Origin: a virus
Lineage: Duplodnaviria; Caudoviricetes
IMG/VR virus record: IMGVR_UViG_3300030372_001683
Coordinates: 1 to 35,979 of that record
Direction: 5' to 3' (one strand)
DNA: 35,979 bases
Both the position numbers and the translations under genes were made by a program. Below the pieces are notes generated by a model. The model saw nothing but the letters and a program-made list of their open reading frames with translations. It did not search any database and was not told the origin of the DNA. Numbering within the stretch: position 1 is the stretch's first letter; each line of letters begins with the position of its first letter. This document shows, piece after piece, positions 1-8,991 of the stretch.

Positions 1-397
1 ATGGGATATGGAAAGCCGTAAGGTTGCCAGTATTAACTAATTTAAATCCAGCTGCGCCATTAGTAAAAGTTACTTCTCCATTAGAGGCTATTTTTAAAGG
101 GGCTATTGAAGTGTCATTATTATATATTGCAAAAGCACCTGCTCCACCAGTAGCAGTTCCACCATTAGCAGATGATACCAATAACCATTGGTCTCCGCCA
201 GTTGCAGTTGCGTCAATACCAATCCAAGCTGTATTAGCATTTGAGCCTACAAAATTTGCAACTGATTCTTGAGATGATTCAACAATTTCTGAATATGTAA
301 CACCAGCATTACCCTCAACTTTTAAATCACCAGTAATTGTAATATCGCCATCTATTGTTCCACCACTAGCCATTCCTGTGGTTATACTACTAATCAT
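1..397 (-). CDS. N-terminal part of fibre protein (continues across the window junction into 35979..33302)
   Basis: Hand translation from ATG at 397: MISSITTGMASGGTIDGDITITGDLKVEG...GNLTAFHIP, open to position 1. GGTIDGDITITGDL is typical of fibre repeats. Not in the ORF track. Confidence 0.75.
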   Translation of the reverse strand, partial: MISSITTGMASGGTIDGDITITGDLKVEGNAGVTYSEIVESSQESVANFVGSNANTAWIGIDATATGGDQWLLVSSANGGTATGGAGAFAIYNNDTSIAPLKIASNGEVTFTNGAAGFKLVNTGNLTAFHIP

Positions 398-402
398 GCC
401 TT

Positions 403-747
403 TTAACATTCTACAATCCTAACCGCTCCAGTTGTTGATGAAGTCGAATTATAATTAAAGTAAACTGTATTCCCTAACCCTCTCGGAACTGTTAAAAAAG
501 TAAGGGTGTTTTTAGGAATTAATAAATCATTTGATGCGTTCACATCTGTTGTAGTAGCCGAGAAATTGAAATAAATTTCCACCGCTGAATAAACGCCTAT
601 ATTAGCCGTCATCGTTGCTAATGATTTATGGGTTGTGTTACCCGTACTAGCTGAACTTCCTGCCGTTCCTGCGCTTGATACAGTCCACTCTGCCCCAACT
701 GTAGCATTTAAAGCCTCTTGTACTGAACGCTTATGTAAATCTGCCAT
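403..747 (-). CDS. small virion-associated beta-rich protein
   Basis: 114 aa, Ser/Thr-rich, in the late operon just upstream of the fibre gene. N-terminus LHKRSVQEALN is shared with the neighbouring gene. Confidence 0.6.
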   Translation of the reverse strand: MADLHKRSVQEALNATVGAEWTVSSAGTAGSSASTGNTTHKSLATMTANIGVYSAVEIYFNFSATTTDVNASNDLLIPKNTLTFLTVPRGLGNTVYFNYNSTSSTTGAVRIVEC

Positions 748-758
748 GTTATTGTCTC

Positions 759-1052
759 CTAATCAGTTGACCAAATTCTATGAACTATTGCAAAATCTCC
801 ATTTGCCACAGTTACCGCTGACCATTGTCCGTATATTGTTTGACCTGCTAAAATCGTAACAGATGATAAAGAATCCCATACGTCAGTGTCTACACTTGTA
901 GCGGAAACAACCGCGTCAACCGATAAAGCTGTTATTGCGCAGTAAGTATGAGAATTAATTGTAGCATTTGTTACATAATCATATCCGCCACCTGCGGTAA
1001 TTACGTTTAATGCTTCTTGAGATGAGTATTTATGTAGGTTGGATTTTGCCAT
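759..1052 (-). CDS. small virion-associated protein
   Basis: 97 aa with GAGGAAG RBS. N-terminus LHKYSSQEALN resembles that of 403..747. Confidence 0.6.
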   Translation of the reverse strand: MAKSNLHKYSSQEALNVITAGGGYDYVTNATINSHTYCAITALSVDAVVSATSVDTDVWDSLSSVTILAGQTIYGQWSAVTVANGDFAIVHRIWSTD

Positions 1053-1106
1053 TTTATCTTCCTCTCTAAGCTATGACTAGCGTGAATGAGTTCTAATTAC
1101 ACATTT

Positions 1107-1136
1107 AATTTAAAAATGAAACTTAACTTTTTAAAA
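1107..1136 (-). promoter_or_regulatory. putative late promoter motif, copy 1
   Basis: Intergenic aatttaaaaatgaaacttaactttttaaaa; 23/30 identical to 8890..8919 and similar to 20006..20034. Confidence 0.4.
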
Positions 1137-1139
1137 GTT

Positions 1140-1295
1140 TTATTTCTTTTTTCTTTTCTTTTTAGGTTTTGAAGCGACTATTTTATCACCGCCTAATTTA
1201 TTTTTAATTACTTTATACCCATTATCAACTTCTTTTTGAGCATCTTCTACAGTGAAAGCAATTTTTTTATTATTGTCTTTTTCTAATATAATCAT
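1140..1295 (-). CDS. 51-aa basic protein downstream of capsid gene
   Basis: Hand translation MIILEKDNNKKIAFTVEDAQKEVDNGYKVIKNKLGGDKIVASKPKKKRKKK with AAGGA RBS; below the ORF-track cutoff. Confidence 0.65.
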   Translation of the reverse strand: MIILEKDNNKKIAFTVEDAQKEVDNGYKVIKNKLGGDKIVASKPKKKRKKK

Positions 1296-1317
1296 AATAT
1301 GTTTTCCTTTTTAAGAT

Positions 1318-1343
1318 GTGGGGCAGAGCGCATCATGCCCCAC
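1318..1343 (-). terminator. GC-rich stem-loop after capsid gene (terminator or mRNA stabiliser)
   Basis: gtggggca-N10-tgccccac perfect 8-bp inverted repeat about 20 nt after the capsid stop; no clear U-tract. Confidence 0.5.
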
Positions 1344-1364
1344 TTATTAACAACCATTGTTATT

Positions 1365-2249
1365 TTACGGATTCAATAACTCGATCCCTTTAACATGGTT
1401 AGATGTAGTAATCACAGCACCATAGATGCAGTCAGCAACAACTTTTGTTCCTAGGTAAGAAACATCGTATTCTGATTGCACTCTAATATCCTGTTGAACG
1501 GCAACTGCGATAGCAGATTTATGCACTAGGTAACCAGCATGGTCTCCTGTGCTTGTGCCAGTTCCAATTAGACTAGATGTAAAAACTGGAATGCCGAAAA
1601 GGTTTCCAACTTGTCCAGTAGCCATAACTGCATTATCATTACCAAAACCAACTCCAGCACCTGAGTTATTTGTAACAAAGGCTTTAGAGTTTAGTAAGTC
1701 AGCATAGATAAGTGAGTTAACAAAGAAAGCACATTCATCTTGAGGGATGTCATTAGCCATCAATGTACCTAACGCAGTTTCAACATCTGCATTTGTTAAT
1801 CCGTTATCAGCTGCTAATGATTGAGTAGTGCCGATAGTTCTAAGCAATGCTTCAATCTTAGTGTCAACCGCTTTCGCCAAAGCATATCCCATTGATTGAG
1901 AATACTTAGTAAATAACTGCTCATTACTCTGAATCATAGCAATGTCCTCAAATAGCTTTGCAGCATATTTATGTTGGTCTATTGCCAAGTCGATATCAGT
2001 TTCAACATTAGCTGTATATTCTACAGATGTGTTTGCACTTTTATCAGCAGTCGTTACTTCCTGGATAGTCGGTATGTGAAGGACGTCTCCCTTACCTTGA
2101 ACAAGGCTTGAGTAGTCGTCAAAAAATGGTTTAAAAATGAGATTTTTCTCAAAATACCTATAGACTGAATCGCCCCATAGCTCAGGAACGAATACATCTA
2201 CATCAGATTTTTGAGTTACATCTCCTGTAAATCCATAATAATTAGCCAT
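1365..2249 (-). CDS. major capsid protein (HK97 fold)
   Basis: 294 aa; FVPELW near N-terminus, KGDVLHIP, LAIDQHKY, GYALAKAVD, GNLFGIPV and C-terminal DCIYG are typical of small phage capsids; follows scaffold gene. Confidence 0.85.
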   Translation of the reverse strand: MANYYGFTGDVTQKSDVDVFVPELWGDSVYRYFEKNLIFKPFFDDYSSLVQGKGDVLHIPTIQEVTTADKSANTSVEYTANVETDIDLAIDQHKYAAKLFEDIAMIQSNEQLFTKYSQSMGYALAKAVDTKIEALLRTIGTTQSLAADNGLTNADVETALGTLMANDIPQDECAFFVNSLIYADLLNSKAFVTNNSGAGVGFGNDNAVMATGQVGNLFGIPVFTSSLIGTGTSTGDHAGYLVHKSAIAVAVQQDIRVQSEYDVSYLGTKVVADCIYGAVITTSNHVKGIELLNP

Positions 2250-2259
2250 TTAAAGCTCC

Positions 2260-2832
2260 TTATTTTTTTCTAGTTCGATAACCATCTAAAATAGATTGCC
2301 AGTTACTACGCCTATCTTTTTCACCCATATCTAGCCAATTTTTATTGTCTGGATTTGTTGCACGAGCTGGTGTTCCATCCGTAGGTTTCACCGAATTAGA
2401 TTCGTTATTTAATTTCTTATGAAGAGTCCTAAGCTGTGTGAGGCTTAAATCCCCAAACGCTTCTCTGTCCTCTTCACTAAAGTCAGCTAAAAGTTCCTCA
2501 CGAAATGCAGTAATTTCATTCATCGCGGCTTCAATAACAGGTTCTTGTTCTGTTAATTTAGCTCCTCTTTCTTCCGCAAGTTCTTGCCATTTATTTTGTT
2601 CAGCCATTGTCTTTTCTCTGTCTGAGGCTGCCTTTTTTTCATATTTGGCAAGTTTATCTTCAGCTTCCTGCGCTCTATTTCTGTACTTTTTGCTTTCTGC
2701 AATCAAACTTCCAACTTCGAGCTCAGCTGGTTGTTCTTTTTGGCTTTCAGGAGCCACCTCTTGAGCTGTTGTTTTTTCTACTGGCGGTTGCTCTATGTAG
2801 CCAGTCGCAGTCTGCGTATTATCTTGTGACAT
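2260..2832 (-). CDS. capsid scaffolding protein
   Basis: 190 aa, acidic coiled coil (ESKKYRNRAQEAE), immediately upstream of capsid gene. Confidence 0.7.
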   Translation of the reverse strand: MSQDNTQTATGYIEQPPVEKTTAQEVAPESQKEQPAELEVGSLIAESKKYRNRAQEAEDKLAKYEKKAASDREKTMAEQNKWQELAEERGAKLTEQEPVIEAAMNEITAFREELLADFSEEDREAFGDLSLTQLRTLHKKLNNESNSVKPTDGTPARATNPDNKNWLDMGEKDRRSNWQSILDGYRTRKK

Positions 2833-2852
2833 ACTGTCTCCTTTTTCTGTTA

Positions 2853-3062
2853 TTAAGTAAGTTTTTCAAAAATTATTCCATTATCATTGATAAAAGGTTT
2901 TTTATGGTCTACTATATTTTTAATTATTTGAGTGGGTATTCCTTTGGGATAAGCTGTGCAGATAATATTAACAGAAGCTCTATTGAAATGTTTACATTGA
3001 TTACATATAGGTGCTTCCATATCTAAAAGATCAATATCTGTAAATTTTTCACCTTCAGCCAT
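2853..3062 (-). CDS. small Cys/His protein, putative immunity partner of the MuF toxin
   Basis: 69 aa with CxxCxH...CTAYPKGIP...H..P...DNGIIFE; start overlaps the MuF-ART stop. Confidence 0.5.
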   Translation of the reverse strand: MAEGEKFTDIDLLDMEAPICNQCKHFNRASVNIICTAYPKGIPTQIIKNIVDHKKPFINDNGIIFEKLT

Positions 3063-4237
3063 TATATTTCCTGTAAAGTAACTTCTAAAACTGTGTGTTC
3101 AAATTTATACCCATCACTCATTTTTTCAATTCTTTTAACTTCTTTAGCTTTAACTATTTTAAATTGAGTGTCTGGAGCAAATAGTATTTCATCTTCACGA
3201 ATACCAGTTTTACTTTTAATGTTATTTAATCCGTTTAAAACTGTTCCCGTTTTGCTTTTAACGGTAAAATCTATATTCAAACTACCGTATCCACCGTAAT
3301 TCAAATTAGCATTATTACTGGTGCTCCAAAATGTTTTATTAGAGAACATCCCTCCCTGGTTGTCTTTAAACCAATCTAATATACCCCTGGCTTTTTTTAA
3401 ACCAGTTGTGCCGTACTCACTAAATCCTACGTGCCTATAAACTGTTCCTTTGTAATCAGGAGAAATATCGCAGAATTTTTTTAAATCTTCTATTAATTCT
3501 TTTCCTTCTGTTAGCTTAGCTTTGATTGTGTTTCTTTTTACGTTCATTTTTCCAGCTGTGGTTTTTTCGTAATTCCCTCTTAATATAGGGTTTACTAATT
3601 TATGCTCACCTAAAACGTATTTGGCTGCAGACATTTTTGTTTTGTTGTCTAAAGATTTGTAAAATTTTTCCATCTCAACAGAAGCGTTTTGATAACCCCT
3701 CAAAATTATGTTATTTCTTTTAGGTTTAGGAGCGGTTGCAGGTTCTTCAGTAGTTTTTTTCCTCAATATAGGTTCTTTGGGTTTTTCATCTTTATAATCT
3801 TTAGGGACTATTTGACACCTGCAATTAGATTGACATATAGAGAACCCTGATTTTGGCAACCCTAATGCAGCTATAAAATCAAAAGTTCCTTCCTCTCCAT
3901 GCCTTTCTTCACAATCTATACAAACACTTTTATCTCCTACGCTAACCCACCTAAATTCTTTAACACCTGCTTTTATCCATTTATTTTTCGCTGCTTCATT
4001 TGATGCGTAACCTATTCCATTTTTTACAGTAGATTTTATTGTATTTCTATACCCTCCGAATATTCTTCCGCCTACAGGTTCAGACCTCCATAAATCTTCT
4101 AGTAATTTATCTTTAATATTAGAGTCAGACATTCCAGATGCTTTCATATTATTTATTAAATCAGATAAATCCATAGTAGTTTTAGTGGCGGCACTACTGA
4201 TTTCATTTGATATATAAACTTCTAAAGGACTAGGCAT
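3062..4237 (-). CDS. MuF/SPP1 gp7-like minor head protein with C-terminal ADP-ribosyltransferase domain
   Basis: MuF motif W...D..VCIDC...HG...P......CQSNCRC, a Pro/Lys/Glu linker, then R-S-E ART motifs: VYRHV, FWSTS, REDEILF. Confidence 0.8.
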   Translation of the reverse strand: MPSPLEVYISNEISSAATKTTMDLSDLINNMKASGMSDSNIKDKLLEDLWRSEPVGGRIFGGYRNTIKSTVKNGIGYASNEAAKNKWIKAGVKEFRWVSVGDKSVCIDCEERHGEEGTFDFIAALGLPKSGFSICQSNCRCQIVPKDYKDEKPKEPILRKKTTEEPATAPKPKRNNIILRGYQNASVEMEKFYKSLDNKTKMSAAKYVLGEHKLVNPILRGNYEKTTAGKMNVKRNTIKAKLTEGKELIEDLKKFCDISPDYKGTVYRHVGFSEYGTTGLKKARGILDWFKDNQGGMFSNKTFWSTSNNANLNYGGYGSLNIDFTVKSKTGTVLNGLNNIKSKTGIREDEILFAPDTQFKIVKAKEVKRIEKMSDGYKFEHTVLEVTLQEI

Positions 4238-4685
4238 TATCTATTTCTTGTTTTATTTTTTCAATTATTCTTTTTTCTCCGTCTTCTTCTGCTTTTTTAC
4301 TTATTCCGAACCATTGTCTTTTAGGTAAATTGAGACCGCCTTCTTGATGGAAAGAACCTACTTGAGAAGGTGTGACTTTAGTCCCTGGGTATTTTCTTTT
4401 TTCCCCTGGCGTTAAAATAGCAGATTGACTTGCAGCGGTAGCTTTTTTTCTAAAAACTAAATTTCTCATGTTGCCGCTATCTACTAAAATTTTAGAATGA
4501 CCTTTTTTAGCGATTGTCCCAGGTGAAAGTTTTTGCATCGGACTACCGTCCACACCTAACCCTCTTTCTAACCTTTGATAGTGGTCTTTCCTTATGATTT
4601 TACCAAAATCGTTTATTTCTTTACTTAGGTCTAGTTTTATTTTACCTAAATTAAAATTTTTTGTGACTTTTACTTTTGTATTCAT
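4230..4685 (-). CDS. virion morphogenesis / tail completion protein (Mu gpG / P2 gpS-like)
   Basis: ILVDSGNMR, FHQEGG and LPKRQWFGIS motifs. Confidence 0.7.
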   Translation of the reverse strand: MNTKVKVTKNFNLGKIKLDLSKEINDFGKIIRKDHYQRLERGLGVDGSPMQKLSPGTIAKKGHSKILVDSGNMRNLVFRKKATAASQSAILTPGEKRKYPGTKVTPSQVGSFHQEGGLNLPKRQWFGISKKAEEDGEKRIIEKIKQEIDNA

Positions 4686-4912
4686 AATGATTTTAATATA
4701 TTATCTGCGAAAGTTTCTCCTGCGTTAGCAGCTTTTTCAATTTCATCAATATGTTCTTTTAGAAAAGCATCTCCAAGTGCTAACAGGTAATTCTCAGGGT
4801 TTTTTAACAAGTCATCTACATTTATAGAGGGTAATATATTATCTGCGTTTTCTACCACCACTTCTTCTAATTTATCTAAATTGTTTAAATGGTTATTGAT
4901 TAACTGAGCCAA
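4682..4912 (-). CDS. hypothetical protein
   Basis: 76 aa acidic helical ORF overlapping the portal stop and the next start. Confidence 0.6.
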   Translation of the reverse strand: MAQLINNHLNNLDKLEEVVVENADNILPSINVDDLLKNPENYLLALGDAFLKEHIDEIEKAANAGETFADNILKSL

Positions 4913-6275
4913 GTTTTCTCAATCCTTCAAATACTGGTTGCGTTGCTTGTTGCGTTTCTCTTTCAGCTTCCATCTCTGCAGTTCTATCTTCTTTGACTTC
5001 ATTCATTTTAGCTTCTAGCTCTTCATCACTCATGTCGGGGTTGAAATATAATAATAATTCTTTTTTAGTCATCAACCCTTTAGCCATTTTCCAATCTAAC
5101 CATTCACGCTCTTCCTGTGGAGACATAGGAAATGTAACTTCTCCAAAGTCAACAGAATAGTTTTCATTAAAGCTACCTGCTCCATGCGTTTCTAATATTA
5201 TTCTGTCTATTTCGTATCTTTGCTTTTCCCATTCTCTAAATAAAGGTATATCAGATTCTCTTGATTCAAGGTTCTCAATCTCCAATATCCTTAATGCTTC
5301 ACCCGAGGGTGAGTTGCCTCCCGACTCACCCCATCTTATTCGTAGGTGATTATTTTCTGCGGTTTGGTTAGCAAACGCTTTCACGCTGTCAATCATTTCA
5401 TTTAATCCACCGCTGGGAGATACGTAATCAAAAGTTGCTCCTTCTGGTAATATTAAGGCTGAATCTATACCTGATTTAATAACTGATTGCCCTTCATCTA
5501 TCCCTGTAAAGACTGGCTGACCTAACCTACTGCGAACACTCAAAGCTATTTCAGTCATAGCTATACCAATTTGAACTGCCGCTCTAACTACATCTTGAGA
5601 AGTGCTACTATATTCAACTTTACTAACTGGAACAATTCCATAGGGATTAATCATATCTTCATTTCCTGCTACTGCTATTCTATTTCCCTTTTGCGTAAAT
5701 TTAAAATGCATTCCAGGAATACCTTCTCTATCTTCAGACCAAAAAACAAACATCCTGTCTTTGCTGGTTCCTTTATCTATTTCCCAACTATATCCGTAAG
5801 GCTCTGATTCTCCGTTCAAATAATATTCTTTTACAAATGGTAATATCTCATATTCCAGTCTTTGCATTCTCTCATTATATTTTGTTTTTAGATGGCAATG
5901 ACCTAACAACCAAGCTAATTCACTAAACTGCCTCACCTTATTATCAATCATGTAGCTTATTTCTCTATAATCATCATCCTCTTGACCATTTATTAATCTT
6001 TTAGGCGGGTTTTTATAAAGCATCATTCTGGCTCTGGAAAATCGAGGAACTATCTTTTGCGGAAAGGTCGGTATTTGATTTAGTGACTCACTATTAAACC
6101 ACTGCTCTAAATGGCTGTCCATGTTTTCATTATAGTAGAAATCTAACGCTGTTTTTCTTTCAGCGTGTTTTTGTTCTTCAAATTCCTTTTCTGCCTCTGC
6201 TAATGTTTTTAAAATCACTTGCTCAGACAACTCGGGGATTACTACTTGGTTTACTGTCCTGCCAAAATTATACAT
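4893..6275 (-). CDS. portal protein
   Basis: 460 aa directly after TerL; ALDFYY near N-terminus, NPYGIVP, SGEAL and a charged C-terminus resemble SPP1-type portals. Confidence 0.8.
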   Translation of the reverse strand: MYNFGRTVNQVVIPELSEQVILKTLAEAEKEFEEQKHAERKTALDFYYNENMDSHLEQWFNSESLNQIPTFPQKIVPRFSRARMMLYKNPPKRLINGQEDDDYREISYMIDNKVRQFSELAWLLGHCHLKTKYNERMQRLEYEILPFVKEYYLNGESEPYGYSWEIDKGTSKDRMFVFWSEDREGIPGMHFKFTQKGNRIAVAGNEDMINPYGIVPVSKVEYSSTSQDVVRAAVQIGIAMTEIALSVRSRLGQPVFTGIDEGQSVIKSGIDSALILPEGATFDYVSPSGGLNEMIDSVKAFANQTAENNHLRIRWGESGGNSPSGEALRILEIENLESRESDIPLFREWEKQRYEIDRIILETHGAGSFNENYSVDFGEVTFPMSPQEEREWLDWKMAKGLMTKKELLLYFNPDMSDEELEAKMNEVKEDRTAEMEAERETQQATQPVFEGLRKLGSVNQ

Positions 6276-6278
6276 GTT

Positions 6279-7481
6279 TTACCATCCTTTACTTATACCT
6301 ATTCTTTTAAGAATTGGAAATTTATAACTAATTGCATAAGAACAAGCATCGAGAGCATGTGTTAATTCCATGTCGGTTTTATCCAAGCCCCCCCTTTTAT
6401 CTCTTTGGCACTGTTCTAAATCTTTTATTAAATGAACGCAAGAAGGGTCTACAGACATCCCTACGTTTCCTTCTGCGTCTAACAATTTTCTATTTAAAGC
6501 GTTTAATCTGTCTATATGGCTAGGGTGTGATTTTTTTGCTCGTATGAGAAATCCGTGGTCTCTCAATATCTGATGATCTGAACGTCTTGAGGTAGTGGAT
6601 CGAGCAGAACCAGCTGGATCAGGATAACACTCAATACTTGGAGCAATCGCCTTCATTTTGATTGAAAGCTCTTCTGTGTTGCTATTTTTTAGTCTTAGTT
6701 CATCAAAATAATGTATTGTGCTATCACTGTATTGACAAGCTAAAACCGCTGTCATATAATCAACATTAAAATCAACACCCCACCACAAAGTTTTAGATAA
6801 TTCATTCGCTTGTTTTATGTGTATCTTTCTATCAAAATTGTAAGCAGCTCTATTACCAGTTGTTTCAAATGATGCTTCAAACTCCTGCCTAAATAAAACA
6901 GGATCCATCGTTCTCTTTGCCCTTTCTACTTCATCTGCTGGTACAAAACCGCCTTCAAGAGTTGTAAATTTCCAAGATTCCCAATCTTTTTCTGATTGCC
7001 CCCTACTATATAAATCATACATTACGTCATAACCGCTCGGTGTTCCTATAAATAATACACTTCCTTGCGTTGTGGCTAACATAGGGTAAACAATTTCTTC
7101 CCAAACATGAGGTTTTATATAAGCCATCTCATCCATTACGCACTTTGTTAATTCAACACCCCTTAGGTTATGTTCATTATCTGCTCCCTTAACTGCTAAC
7201 TCTGCTCCATTATCAAACATAACAGACATCTCACTTTCGTTTAGCTTAGCACCAACAAACCCTTGGAACATTTGCCGAAGTACAGGAAACACTATCATCT
7301 TTCCTTGCCTGTAAGTCGGTGTAATGAACCATCTCCTCTCTCCCTGCTGAAATGGGTCTTTCAATAAATACATAAGTGATAACACAGTCTTGCCCCACCT
7401 CCGACCTGCTACAATGACCTTGAACCTTGATTGGTGTTGTAAGATTTCGTTTCTTATTTTGTTTACTTTCCATTTAATCAT
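6279..7481 (-). CDS. terL: terminase large subunit
   Basis: Walker A AGRRWGKT, LRG, Walker B VMDE, GTP motif C, FRQEFEASF, nuclease GVDFN and HALDACSY. Confidence 0.93.
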   Translation of the reverse strand: MIKWKVNKIRNEILQHQSRFKVIVAGRRWGKTVLSLMYLLKDPFQQGERRWFITPTYRQGKMIVFPVLRQMFQGFVGAKLNESEMSVMFDNGAELAVKGADNEHNLRGVELTKCVMDEMAYIKPHVWEEIVYPMLATTQGSVLFIGTPSGYDVMYDLYSRGQSEKDWESWKFTTLEGGFVPADEVERAKRTMDPVLFRQEFEASFETTGNRAAYNFDRKIHIKQANELSKTLWWGVDFNVDYMTAVLACQYSDSTIHYFDELRLKNSNTEELSIKMKAIAPSIECYPDPAGSARSTTSRRSDHQILRDHGFLIRAKKSHPSHIDRLNALNRKLLDAEGNVGMSVDPSCVHLIKDLEQCQRDKRGGLDKTDMELTHALDACSYAISYKFPILKRIGISKGW

Positions 7482-8274
7482 ATAAATTTAATTGGTTCTC
7501 AGTAATGCTAACAGGCGGTTCAGCAATCATGTCGCTTTTATCATTTAAATTAATAGTTAGTTCTGAATCGTGCTTTGTAAATAACAAATAAGCACTCGCG
7601 TGGAAATATTCAATATGAGTTAAATTCCACTGCGGATATAATTTTTGATAGTATTTCTTAAGAGCCTTAAAAAAACCTTTCTTGCTATGCCCTTCAATTA
7701 TGACTCCCATTAACCGCTCATAGTTTTCGTAAGACTTCCTGCCATATTTTAAATGAAATATCGAACATTCAGTAATAACGACAAATTTTTTAGCATTATT
7801 AAACATGCCGTCAAGGAAAGACTTATAATCTGATTCTGTTCTAGCTATGGTTAAATTATTAAAATCACTTAGGATTAAATCATACTTATTTTTAAAATTA
7901 TATTTACTTGAATCTACTTTAGTTATGTTATCAGGTTTAAAGTTATTTACCAATAAGTTATAACATTCTTTATCTAAGTCATTTAAAAATGTTTGTTCTT
8001 CCGTGACTTGAAATATTTTCCCAGTGCAACCCAAGCCGCCCAACATGTCCATAAATGTTTTATATTGACCTTTTATTTTATTTTGTATATTGTAAAAGCA
8101 ATGTAACCTCATAGAAAACTCACCATAAAAAAAAGAATAGCTATTTCTATTTTTGTATAAAAATTCATCTATATAACTAACAAGGTTTCCCCATGTCAAT
8201 TTATTAACAGACTTATCAGTAAAGAACTTTATATTACCTTTGTTCTTTTTTAAGGTTATATTAAATTCATTCAT
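7474..8274 (-). CDS. divergent SAM-dependent methyltransferase-like protein
   Basis: FMDMLGGLG (motif I-like), FLNDLD (motif II-like), YDLILSDFNN at the motif IV position without DPPY or PC. Confidence 0.5.
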   Translation of the reverse strand: MNEFNITLKKNKGNIKFFTDKSVNKLTWGNLVSYIDEFLYKNRNSYSFFYGEFSMRLHCFYNIQNKIKGQYKTFMDMLGGLGCTGKIFQVTEEQTFLNDLDKECYNLLVNNFKPDNITKVDSSKYNFKNKYDLILSDFNNLTIARTESDYKSFLDGMFNNAKKFVVITECSIFHLKYGRKSYENYERLMGVIIEGHSKKGFFKALKKYYQKLYPQWNLTHIEYFHASAYLLFTKHDSELTINLNDKSDMIAEPPVSITENQLNLYD

Positions 8275-8590
8275 CTATTACCATTACCTGTATAGGTTCA
8301 CTTTTATTTGTCCTTACTTGGCGTTCTAATGCTTTGCCTTCTAATCTTTCTACTATAAATTGTATTGCTCTTAAATCTCCGCGTTCTGCTAATTGAAATA
8401 ATTTATTTACTATAATCTCCCTACGTTCTTTATCATTAGATTTAGTGAAGCTAACATCTTTTATTAAATCCGTGTAAGCATTTCTCCTGCCTTCAGGATT
8501 CCCTGACGTACCTTTCTCCCAGCGATTACCCAAAGTGTTACCTTTTTTAAACTGCCCATTAGACGCTCTGTTATCGGTTTGTTTATTCAT
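8267..8590 (-). CDS. terminase small subunit-like protein (DUF5681-like)
   Basis: GQFKKGN...GTSGNPEGR and AERGDLRAIQFIVERLEGK; located upstream of TerL. Confidence 0.7.
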   Translation of the reverse strand: MNKQTDNRASNGQFKKGNTLGNRWEKGTSGNPEGRRNAYTDLIKDVSFTKSNDKERREIIVNKLFQLAERGDLRAIQFIVERLEGKALERQVRTNKSEPIQVMVIDE

Positions 8591-8765
8591 CTATTTCTAC
8601 TAATCCCATAGAGATAGGTTTATTTAACATATCCATTAAATCTTTAACCTTATCATTATCTATCTCAAACACGTCAAACTCTATTCTCCAAGAATGAGTT
8701 AGTTTAAGATTTTTTATTCCAACTAGCTCTACGTTTAATGCAGTTGTTTTACTTTCTTTTGCCAC
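8583..8765 (-). CDS. hypothetical protein
   Basis: 60 aa, GTG start, overlaps both neighbours in the packaging operon. Confidence 0.55.
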   Translation of the reverse strand: MAKESKTTALNVELVGIKNLKLTHSWRIEFDVFEIDNDKVKDLMDMLNKPISMGLVEIDE

Positions 8766-8853
8766 GTTTTTTCATGGACTTCTTTTTTGCAGCAGACTTC
8801 TTTTTCTTTGGTCTGCCTCTTTTACTTCCGTATGTTCCTTTACCTGAAGGCAT
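8749..8853 (-). CDS. 34-aa highly basic peptide with AT-hook-like RGRP
   Basis: Hand translation MPSGKGTYGSKRGRPKKKKSAAKKKSMKKRGKRK; AAAGGG upstream; first ORF of the late operon. Confidence 0.7.
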   Translation of the reverse strand: MPSGKGTYGSKRGRPKKKKSAAKKKSMKKRGKRK

Positions 8854-8889
8854 TATATTACCCTTTCTTTTTCAGTTTTAAATGTTACA

Positions 8890-8919
8890 AATTTAAAATT
8901 GAAACACTTACTTTTAAAA
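8890..8919 (-). promoter_or_regulatory. putative late promoter motif, copy 2
   Basis: Lies between a terminator and the first packaging gene; matches 1107..1136. Confidence 0.45.
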
Positions 8920-8935
8920 ATGATTATTTTATAAT

Positions 8936-8965
8936 AAAAAAGCCTCAAATTAATGAGGCTCTTTT
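8936..8965 (-). terminator. rho-independent terminator (possibly bidirectional)
   Basis: agcctca-aattaa-tgaggct stem flanked by aaaaa and ctttt; follows the 8992..9840 stop. Confidence 0.8.
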
Positions 8966-8991
8966 AGGTGATTGACGTACTCTGTTAAGAC

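Noticed and set aside
1053-1100. Possible riboswitch or structured leader upstream of 759..1052
   Set aside because: Slightly GC-richer leader, but I could not establish a convincing fold or family match by eye.
7246-7473. Nested minus-strand ORFs (7246..7473, 30153..30347, 32122..32334)
   Set aside because: Alternative frames inside TerL, the phosphoesterase and a TM protein, with no motif support. 32122..32334 lacks a lipobox, so it is not an embedded o-spanin.
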